This document shows, piece after piece, positions 12,653 to 23,025 of a stretch of 64,000 nt of DNA; position 1 is the first letter of the stretch; each line of letters opens with the position of its first letter. The stretch is from Haliotis cracherodii. Its lineage: Eukaryota. A program made the translations under genes and the position numbers. The DNA is taken from assembly GCF_022045235.1 (NCBI RefSeq), contig NW_027266308.1, positions 60,202,001 through 60,266,000 on the forward strand. Direction: 5' to 3'. The notes below the pieces were generated by a model that worked only from the letters and a program-made list of their open reading frames with translations, was not told the origin of the DNA and searched no databases.

Positions 12653-13927
12653 TGCGTTCCGTTATAGTAGCGGTACTGCAGTGGTGACTGTAAACGTGGT
12701 TTATGGTAACACACCCTTACAATAATAATGGTGAGGGGAAATGGGGTTTAACGTTGCCTTCAAGATTATTGCACTTANNNNNNNNNNNNNNNNNNNNNNN
12801 NNNNNNNNNNNNNNNNNNNNNNNNNNNNNNNNNNNNNNNNNNNNNNNNNNNNNNNNNNNNNNNNNNNNNNNNNNNNNNNNNNNNNNNNNNNNNNNNNNNN
12901 NNNNNNNNNNNNACCCCCGACCTTCCGCTCTCCGGGCAGACGCTCAACCGCTATACCACTGTAGCGATCCGAGAGAGCAACTGCAAGTGTCATCTAGAAC
13001 ACTCACCGATTTCTTGCATACAGGAATATGCAAATAATCCTCTCAACGCCACATGTGTCTGCAGCGCACGCGCATTACCCGTTGTGTAAATCGTAGAAGT
13101 AGTACCAGTTGTTGTGATGACGTCGGCGGACTGACCGACATTGCAGTGTCAGCAGAAAAAAGCATGAAAAGCAGTAAAAACATTGTGTGCTTCTACAAAA
13201 CCACAAAACAGCATGCCGCTATAACAAATACTCTAACCACGTACCGACTTATATGTATGGATTCATAAATAATAAGGACATAATATAGCGCCCGGCTGTT
13301 GTAAATATACGTTTACTTGAGATGCATAAGGTTTGAATACAAAGGATAAAATTAATATTACTGAACAATGTTTAACATTGATCGATATTATCGGACGATC
13401 CTACAAGAGGACGGCTGTCAAATCCATTGTATAAAAAAATGGTGAGTTATTTTGCAATTTCAATATCATGTCATTGTAACGTTGAGGTTTAGCCATGTGT
13501 TGCGAACTTGGTTTATATTGTAAATAACATCTGAAGGTCAAACTGCTTGGGTCACGTCGTAATGATGCTGTCAAAGCGCGATCACGTCAACAGCTGCGCG
13601 ACTAATTAAATCAGCAGACGCTGAAGGAAATGCATTTATGTGGGTCATATGCACAGCACTTGCTGTATTCATAACTGAAATCAATTTCAAACATTCAGGT
13701 CATTCATGCGGAAAGGGGAAATATAACCATTTAATATCGTACATTAAGGTTTGATACAATGCAGCTATAGAACTGCTCGGTTCCAATGTGATGTTAACAA
13801 CTCCAATGCTATTGTATAAACGACCACAACAGCTTACAGTGCTCGGATTGTTTGTATTGCCACCATGCAACTGATGCTACTCTTATATCTAGTGTTGTTT
13901 ATTGCTGCATTTTACTTCAAGATCACC

Positions 13928-14424
13928 ACCGCATCCGTGATGGATAGAGCGCCGTCCTGAGAGTGGAAGGTTCGATCCCCGGTCGTGTCATACCAAGATA
14001 TGTTAATAATGTACTTGTTGTTTCCCTGCCTGGCGCTCGGCAATAAGAGTGAGTGAGTATGGTTTTACGCCGCTTTTAGCAATATTCCAGCAATATCACG
14101 GCGGGGAACACCAGAAATGGGCTTCACACATTGTACCAATGTCGGATTCGCACCCGGGTCTTCGGCGTGACGAGCGAACGCTTTAACCACTAGGCTACCC
14201 GACCGCACCTCGGCAAAAAGAGGATATAACAAGGACTGGTTTGTTCGGAGTCAGAAGACTGTCTGGATGGGTTACCCATGTCAAACTGCGGCATGGCATC
14301 TCAGTGCACTATAAAACCGGCATTTGTCTGGGTTTGTACAAGCAGCCACACACATGCGCATGGACGTCGCTCAATAATTTTTAACGCGACCTAAAACTCC
14401 ATTCACCTCACCTCACCTCACCTC
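13928..14424 (+). mobile_element. SINE family D, interrupted by a family A insertion
   Basis: tRNA-like head and Meta-like domain; the sequence resumes after 14222 and ends in a (CACCT)n tail. Confidence 0.8.
14050..14208 (-). mobile_element. SINE family A nested in family D
   Basis: TSD ctcggcaa(t/a)aagag at 14036-14049 and 14209-14222. Confidence 0.9.
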
Positions 14425-14425
14425 A

Positions 14426-14700
14426 AGACCCGTGAAGATCCGGGGTAGAATAGGTCTTCAGTAACACATGCTTGTCGTAAAAGGCGACTATGCTTGTCGT
14501 AAGAGGCAACTAACGGGATCGGTTAGTCAGGCTCGCTGGCTTGGTTGATGCATGTCATTGTATCCCATTTTGCCTGGATAGATGCTCATGGTGTCATTCA
14601 CTGGATTGTCTGGTCTAGACTCGATTATTTACAGACCGCCGTCATATAGCTGGAATATTGCTGAGTGCGGCGTTAACCAACCAACCAACAAACAAACAAA
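14426..14700 (+). mobile_element. SINE-like family C, full length
   Basis: Starts agacccgtgaagatcc directly after the family D tail and ends in (AAAC)n. Confidence 0.9.
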
Positions 14701-15399
14701 CCTCTAGATCAACAGCTATGACTACTGTAAATAGAATAAAAGGGACGAAATTAATTCCATAATCATACGAAATCTCTGCAAAAAGCAGACTCGCTTGTAC
14801 GATTCTGACTTTTACATGAGCAAGCGTTTATGAATCACTATCATAGTGATGATACCAAGTATTCGCGAAAACATGTGCGCATCCTGCTCCACCGGGGCAT
14901 CCGTCACAAACACACGCAAAGGCAAGTCAATCATTCACCTAATAAAAACACGGAACATATGGTACAATAAAAAAGGGAATTGCTCTCAGTTTAGTCTCTG
15001 ATGCGTGAAAATGGGAAATTGTAATTTAATAGGGACAGAAGTGTTCCCACTGAAATCGCCCGGTTTAACAATTTCCGGACAAACGAGCAATGGGTACTGA
15101 ATACGTTATACATATACGCGCTTCCAGCAGTAATTGTCAGGAAGGAAGGATTAACGGGGTTCAGACTAATGATGTTGATCATGAAACTACATCGGGTGAT
15201 GATGTTAAATACCATTACTTGGATTAAAATGCCTTATTAAATCTTTTCAACGGTGATATGGTGAGTATTACTTTCTATTTGTTTGTAGATAGTATGTTGA
15301 CATAATAACACACGTTTCAAGAAATACCTTTTTCTTTATCCATATTTTCCCCAAATATATCTCATTACTGAAACTCTTACTTTTTCCCCAATTCTAACG

Positions 15400-15690
15400 A
15401 ATAACCGAGATGTTTGATCCTCATTTCCCCAAAGTCTACCTCACAACTAAAACGTTTGATACTCATTTCTCCCCAAGTCTACTTCACAACTGAAACGTTT
15501 GATCCTCATTTCCCCAAAGTCTATCTTAAAAATTATAACTAAAACACTTGATTCTCATTTCTCCCCAAGCCTACCTAACAACTAAAACGTTTGATCCTCA
15601 TTTGTCCCCAAGTCTACCAAATAACTAAAACGTTTGGTCCTCATTGCCCACAAGTCTACCTCATAACTCATTCTTTTGATCCCCATTTCC
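15400..15690. repeat. ~42-43 bp minisatellite, about 6-7 units
   Basis: Unit approximately aactaaaacgtttgatcctcatttccccaaagtctacctcac. Confidence 0.85.
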
Positions 15691-15842
15691 CTCCATGACA
15701 GGGGGTGGCACCCCCGTTTTTCAAATGTTAAAAAATAAAAAACTCCAAAAAATGTTGCCAACCATGATAGCATGCAAAACTTTAAAATGGTTCATATATC
15801 GTGTTTGAGATTTTTGAGACTCCCCCACTCCCACTTAAGGTC

Positions 15843-16293
15843 GGTTGGTTTGTTGTTTAACGCCGCACTCTGCTATATGACGACGGTCTGTAAATAATCC
15901 AGTCTGGAGCAGACAATCCAGTGATTGACATCATGAGCATCGATCCATGCAATTGGGATACGATGACATGCATCAACCAAGTCAGCGAGCCTGACCACCC
16001 GATCCCGTGAGTCGCTTCTTACGACAAGCATAGTCGCTTTTTACGGCAAGCATGGGTTGCTGAAGACCAATTCTACCCCGAAGGGCTGGGACGAGTCCAA
16101 ATTTACTACCGATCCCTATTACCCGACCCAACCCGGGTACCCACTACAGTGAGTTTTTGTCATTAAACAATATATCACGTGACTAACCACGGGTCCGGGT
16201 AGTCCTGTGGGTACCCGGGTCCTACTCAGGACCCACCTGACAAGTACCCGAGTTACCCGTCCCAGCCCTACTACCCCGGGTCTTCACGGGTCT
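15843..16293 (-). mobile_element. SINE-like family C, full length, interrupted by a hAT MITE
   Basis: The family C 5' end resumes at 16271-16293, after the insertion. Confidence 0.88.
16081..16270. mobile_element. hAT-type MITE (190 bp)
   Basis: TIRs (t/a)agggctgggacg / cgtcccagcccta, an 8-bp TSD ctaccccg (16073-16080 and 16271-16278), and subterminal acccg repeats. Confidence 0.88.
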
Positions 16294-16444
16294 CCAACTT
16301 GAGGTACAAATGACCCAAGTGGAATATCTCCATTTCTGAAATCCTGGATCCGTCCCTGGATTAAACGAGTATCGAGTGGTCAATGTGTCACGTGGTTTAA
16401 ATGTCATTGTACCCCTGTGACGTGAACCGTTGTCGAACCGCCGA

Positions 16445-16650
16445 GTGAGTGAGTAAGTGATTTCACGACATGTCGGTCTAATGTGAGAAGACGTTTGACA
16501 TGTTGATAAGCACACGCGCACTGGTCTGGTGCTGATAAACCTTGAAACATAAAGAGTGTTATTCTGGGATTCGAACCCAAATTCACAGGTTTCTGGCACT
16601 TCTAAGAGACGCTCGGTGAATTCCGGCGCCTTAGCGGAGTGGACCCTATA
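16445..16650 (-). mobile_element. Old SINE family B relative
   Basis: (GAGT)n tail and the motifs gtgctga.aaacct.gaaacataa, attcgaaccc and ggcgccttag. Confidence 0.7.
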
Positions 16651-17515
16651 CCCACAAAACACACAGAACCAATCAAACCCAGATACTGGTTATTATTCTA
16701 CTAAACTATTGGCACACAGAGTTGTGGAACTATCTCCTGCCATTTTACACTGAGCTATTCCTCAGTGCGTCTCATTGTCAACCATTGTCGTTTTCAAATT
16801 ACGTACTCATATTTCAGTGTTACATCAATTACAAAAGAACTTGATAAAAAATCCTGTTTGGTTGACAAAAGAATATATCAGTCCCGAGGTTAAACCCTCC
16901 ATATCTTATGCATGGGTTTATCATAAATGCCACGGACGGCAATCAAGAACTGTTTATATCTAAATAAGCGTCCAAACTGCCGTTACACAGACGTGCGCAG
17001 AAGCCACAGAGGCGTCATTGCTGTCGTTGGCGTGGGGTAATGTTTAGCCTGCCGTTGACGTTTTGCTCAGATTTGCATTTACCCCGCGTTGTGGTTTTCT
17101 TGGCGAAGGCGCGTTGGTGGTGAAGTTTATTATGTCAAATTTGCATTTCAATAAAACTGTTGCTTTGATGTTGAAATTCAATAAATAAATAACAAGATCT
17201 GCAGTTTTGGTTGCTATATTTGCCCGTTTTCTTTTCGGCACATCATCACTGCTGCTGATGGTTGAAACACGATAAAGCGTATCGGTATGAACAATGAATC
17301 TATTTCTACCCATCAATTCCCTGGGAAATCGAAAAATGTTGATTATTCCACGGTAATAGCCAAATTTTTGTTGCATTTGACTTGTATTGCAAGTCCATTA
17401 GCAGCCTTACATCTCTGAAAAGATTTTCTTTCAATTAACAGCATGTGCACATCGTTAAGTCTTGACATACATGTAAATGAGGAACCTTGTGGTTAAAGTG
17501 TTAACTCGCCGCGTC

Positions 17516-17596
17516 TGTACCACACAATGTACCCATGAACCCGGGTCTTCGGTGTGACGAGCAAACGATTAAACCACCCGGCTACCCGACCGCCCC
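17516..17596 (-). mobile_element. SINE family A, head fragment
   Basis: gaacccgggtcttcgg.gtgacgagc...ggctacccgaccgcccc matches family A. Confidence 0.8.
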
Positions 17597-20020
17597 TTAT
17601 TCCCAATAAAACGACATCAGTCTTTATAATTCTTTTGTTTTGGTTCGTTTAAAAAAATGCTTCAGAATTGTAGGTTTACGTGATTAACACTTCATTCGAA
17701 AACAACCATAATTCTATATACATGTATATAAATGTCTCACCCTAAAAACAATAAAGACTCTTTTTGTGCAAAATACAAATGTCACCATATTGTGCTTATC
17801 CATACATTTTGGTCCTTCCACCTCAATTGCCTTGATGGGACCACTCTCGTCAGAAGTAAATTATCATCCACGACAAGGGCTCATGGTCTTATCACAAGGG
17901 CCCTGTTTGTGCATTACCGTATCGTTTCATCAGCGTCAGCACTTGACATCATCATGAGCTGACGGCTTCCCCAGACAGATTGTTATCAGACGTAGTGCAT
18001 CGCAGCCGTTGCACAATAACATAAGAACTGTCTCGGATTACACAAGAGCAGAAATTAGGCTATTGAAATGTTCAAATAACGCGTTTTCCTCAAACGCTAT
18101 TCAATCGCCTCCTAACATCACACCTGTGTCTGACGCGTCACACTCGCAATCACCGGCACGACTATCCCGTGCCGCACGTGCGCAAGATGTCATAATGCAC
18201 GTGAGACAGCGCTGTGACGGATCGTATCGGCGTGCACCTTACAATTTTGACTTTAATGACGCGTGTGGGATGTTGAGAGGAAAACTCATTCGGAAACAAA
18301 ATTACCATAGATCTTCATATGAATCAATCAAAATAATTAATTTCATTTAGGAAATATTAGTAGCGCACGTGAGCAGAATAAGGGCGGCTGACATATTTGT
18401 CAACCAGTTTTAGCGATTTGTAATCTGACAACTAGGTCAAACTATGGAATGTCACGTGTCACGTATGCTTTCTAGTTGGGCTATTTATCAAATAAGATTG
18501 GATTTTGACAGGAAGATGTGACTGCTATATGTGCATTGCTGTCATTATTCATTTTGTTTCTCCTCCATACAAATATATTTGTTTCGCATTCTTTACGATT
18601 TCGCTCCGCATATATCTATTTTCTATTTTAAAAATATCCATTTCTGTCATGTGATGCGAACGAAAAGAGTGAAAAAACCCAACATTCTTGGCATTTTTAA
18701 TTTCTTTCTCAACATGTCTTGTCAATTCTATCTTATCTATTTGATTGTTTCAAGAACTGTTTCTGACTGTCGCGATGTGACTCAAATTTCGCGAGGATGT
18801 CAAAGGATTACTAAAAACTAGTTTTTGGAACATATAATTGCAGTTTGTGCTGGAGTTGGTGGTAACAGTTGTTTAAAACACTGAGGACTTGCACCGCGCC
18901 AAATTTCGCAAGGCACACGAAGAGTTATGTGTGTTGGAAGCGCCAGGATCCGCAGATCGTGTGTCGCCAGAGTCACCCTTGGTCTGAGTGCGCCAAGGGC
19001 TCTTTGATTTCAGCAATGTGGAAAGCAGCTAAGGCGGACTTTGGGATTTCCTTTCGCTGACAAGAAGACAAACGTTTAGTCTCTGAAAATATATAGTTTT
19101 CATAGAAACGAATAACTCCATTTAAATTGAAAAGGAGCACAAATGAGATGGGAGATATCGAGTGGTCAGGCTCCCTGACTTGGTTGATGCATGTTCAATT
19201 GTTTACAGACCGCAATCATATAGCTAGAATATTGCTAAGTGCTGTTAATCAACAAGTAAAACAAACAAAACACGTTATACCACAGCGATCTGTACATAAT
19301 CGAGTATTGGTCTGTCAAACCAATGAAGCAACAACACTATTGTGCCCAGCCAATCCCCACTAGTCTGTTCGTACGCCAAACATGAGGTATTGAGACATAC
19401 TTCGGAATTCCCACAGGCATAAATTATTCCAGTCTTGATGGTGACTATTTTAGCATAGTAACAAAACACGTGGTCTGGAGTCTTCCGTTTTATGCTGACA
19501 CTGAACACTTTGTGGAAGCACTTGCGTCTACAAAGAGCTCTGTCATCACGTCAGAAATAGCCTCAGAATAAAGTTTCCTTCCTCAATATTGATTCTGCTG
19601 TTAGAATAGAACCTGTAGCGTCATTCCATTGTTTCGCGGCATAATATTTCAACTCCTACAAATAACTTCAGTCACCTATATCTGTTCCATGACGCGTGTT
19701 GGTGTGCTATTTTAGGGCTTGATAAGTTTGTATTGATTAATCAACCTCGGCCTATGTGCCTGTTGCAGGCACAGGCGTGAATGGCGCTACTTGCAGCTAT
19801 CAACAACGAGGCCTTGACGTCACGTCATTGTGGTGCCCGTAGCTGACGTCACATGCATGTCCGCACAAGTAAGTTATTTCAGTTTTGTCTTGCGAAAGGT
19901 TAAGGGTAATAATTCTATAAATCACATAAATATTTTTTCCCCAAGCAGGTTTTACACAGATCAGTGACGGTGTAATGATGTTATTCTTATGTTGATAAAA
20001 GTAGACGTTCAGGTAGACTA

Positions 20021-20188
20021 GGGCCGGCGGGGTAGCCCAGTGGTTAAAGTGTTCGCTCGTCACGCCGAAGGCCCGGGTTCGATTCTCCACATGCGTACAA
20101 TGTGTGAAGCCCATTACTTGTGTACACCGCCGTGATGTTGCTGGAATATTGCTAAAAGCGGCGTAAAACCACACTCAATCAATCAATA
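20021..20188 (+). mobile_element. SINE family A, full length
   Basis: 10-bp TSD aggtagacta at 20011-20020 and 20189-20198. Confidence 0.9.
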
Positions 20189-20189
20189 A

Positions 20190-20557
20190 GGTAGACTAAC
20201 CTTTAGTCTCTGAAAATATATAATTTCGATGGAAACAAATAACGAAATTGAAATTGAAAAGGAGCCCAGTGAGATTGGAGATTCAGACTGAGAAAATCTA
20301 GACTTGCTTTATTTAGGGCTATAGCATTATAGTAAATGCTGGGCGGATAGGAAACTGATATGGTTCAGGGACTGTGAGACAAACGACCAGCTTCCACCTA
20401 GTCCGGCTCACGGTCCCTGTAACCATATCAGTAAATAATAAAGCAAGTCTAGATTTTCCACAGGTTCTTCTCACCCGGATTACTTTTCAATTTAAATGTA
20501 GGTGCTTGTTTCTATCAACATTATATATATTTTCAGAGACTGAGCGTGTGTCTAGTC
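20190..20557. mobile_element. Foldback/MITE-like element with ~120-bp degenerate inverted arms and an inner ~25-bp inverted repeat
   Basis: agtctctgaaaatatat...aatctagacttgcttt (~20205-20311) mirrors aaagcaagtctagatt...atatattttcagagact (~20439-20541). The inner repeat is actgatatggttcagggactgtgag / ctcacggtccctgtaaccatatcagt. Single arms also occur at ~5365-5490 and ~19065-19157. Confidence 0.7.
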
Positions 20558-20884
20558 CTTCCGGTCGGCTCAAGATGACACACAATCAGGTTTAAGTTAA
20601 GGGTACTTGTAAAGTTGTCAGTTCACAAAACTTTATACTGCGAAACCCTGTTATTCTGGAAACCCTGTTAAACCGTCCGGTGAACGGCATCTATAATTTC
20701 AAGGGGTTCGGGCTAACGGGTGTTCACTGTACTACACGCAATCTATCCAAGTGGACCCGACAAGTCTTGATTCGGGATCCAAGGAAAACGTGGATGGGTC
20801 TTGGATGGTGTAAGTTTACATGGTGGTGATAACTGTGGAATTGATGGAGGTTTAACGCACATACTGGTTTAACGCACAATCAAC

Positions 20885-21450
20885 GCTAATGACATTATGC
20901 AAGTCAATAACGTTATGCTAAACTAGTCAATAATGTTACGCTAGTCAAGTCAGTGACGTTATGTTAGACTAGTGAATGCCGTTATGTTTGTCAAGTCAGT
21001 TACATTATGCTAGTACCCAAAAATATCCGGGTTAGAATTGGTCTGCAGCAACCCATGCTTGTGGGAAAAGGAGAGTATACACTTGAAAAATGGATTTGAT
21101 CATAGAATAACAAACGTTATCTAAACGTTACTAGACTGAAAGACCCGTGAAGATCCGGGTTAGAATAGATCTTCAGCAACCCATTCTTGCCGTAAAAAGC
21201 GACTATGCTTGTCGTTAGAGGCGACTAACGGGATCGGGTAGTCAGGCTCGCTGACTTGATTGATGCAGTCATCGTATCCCAATTGCGTGGATGGCTGCAC
21301 ATGATATCAATCACTGGATTGTCTGGTCCAGACTCGATTATTTACAGACGGCCGTCATATAGCTGGAATAATGTTGAATGCTGCGTTAAACAACAAGCAA
21401 ACAAACATTATGCTAGTCTAGTCAATGATGTCATGCTAGCTCCGTCAATG
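20885..21450. repeat. ~23-bp minisatellite interrupted by a composite family C insertion (21015-21404)
   Basis: Unit approximately acgttatgctagtcaagtcaatg, present on both sides of the insertion. Confidence 0.75.
21141..21404 (+). mobile_element. SINE-like family C, full length
   Basis: agacccgtgaag...(AAAC)n. Confidence 0.9.
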
Positions 21451-22254
21451 AGGTTAATTGTCACGCGAATTTAACAACGGGAACTACCATTCCCATAGAT
21501 CGCAGTTTAACACAGTGATCGTGGGTGTACTGATATATGGCGACACCTGTCGGCCGAAGCTTGGAATGTGCTTAGTATGCATATTAAACAGATGTTACTA
21601 TCAAGTGTAACAATAGAACAGGACAATGCTCACTCTCAATATACCAGCGACAGATCCACCGACGTGAGGCTTATTGATTATTGCAAGTACAACAGACGCC
21701 ATATATTACAGCGTGATAATCAGACTCGAGGGACCCCCGACAGATCTCAGCGGGTCGGTGTTGTCGTAATTGTTACTACCTTGTCAGTGTGATAGTGGTA
21801 TTGTTATGGCGATCAATGGGTCGGCCTCCTTCCCCGAGTAGTATCTTGGTGATTGACCTCTTATATCTTATACAGACGACGCAAGTGTCACTTCATGCCC
21901 GGAGTGAGTGAGTGAGTTTCACACCGTTAGCAGCAATATTACTGAAATATTACTCGACAACCTGGTAAACGATTATTCGAACAACAATTCACAGAATCAA
22001 CTTGGTGTATTGGACAGGATGGGCTTTCCTGGTTGTCACCTGTCCATGCTGTTCATAGCGAGCAGACATTTTAACCATAGGATCCACATTTAGCTAGACC
22101 ATGCACAAGCACGACGTTATGGGGTATGCCCAGGAGTATGGTTTTATCAGCGTAATTGAACTAAGATGTGTACAATAAACTGTATACAAAAAATTGAATC
22201 CTTCGGAAAATCTCAGTGTAAATATACTCTTTTATTTGTAAATGTCTCTCTTTG

Positions 22255-22370
22255 TCGATTCCCCACATGGGTACAATGTGTGAAGGCCATTTCTGGTGTC
22301 CCCCGCCGTGATATTGCTGGAGTATTCATTTTATTTATCGCTAAAGGCGGCATAAAACAATACTCACTCT
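22255..22370 (+). mobile_element. SINE family A, 5'-truncated
   Basis: tcgattccccacatgggtacaatgtgtgaag...tactcactc matches family A. Confidence 0.82.
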
Positions 22371-23025
22371 TTGTTTGTTGAATACGGTTAATCACTCTTC
22401 ATTCGATTTTCACATAACAAGCTTCGTCATAGCTTATCCGCAGCCCCGTCCGCCGGTATCGGAAGATAGTTATATTGTAATAACATGAGAAATAATAAAT
22501 GTATGATTTATTAATTTTCTCGTTCGTATTGACGTATATGACCCGCGGGTCTGTTGTCCTCGTTTGGACGGCTTTGTATTAGCAAATAACAAAGTATTGA
22601 TGGCACTTCACATCCATGACGCCGGTCATGAGTTGTGATAGTGGAGCCATTAATCCATTACGTCGACCTTGCCGACCTCCACTCAAGAGGATGTAATGGG
22701 ATGTATATTGACGGTTTGATTAGAGGAATGCATCTAGGCTAAGATATATGGGTCGCTGACCTACATACAATTGTACTTGGCAGTTATACAAAGACCAGGT
22801 TATGTATTTGCCAAGTGGATCATTGTTTGGGAATATACGCACACGCCCTTGAGTAAATGCTTTGTGTATTTCAGAACAGGAGTCGTGAAAAGAAACTGAT
22901 ACAACCAACAAAAAGTCAATACGTGATTCTTTCCACGTATCCGTATCGCGTCAGGTGTGCGTGTGTATGTGTGGCTGCCAGAAATCTTTAACATATAAAT
23001 CCTGTCCTAGGGCACGGGAATTGTA

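Noticed and set aside
12178-13089. ORFs spanning N runs (also 42315-42623)
   Set aside because: They are gap artefacts.
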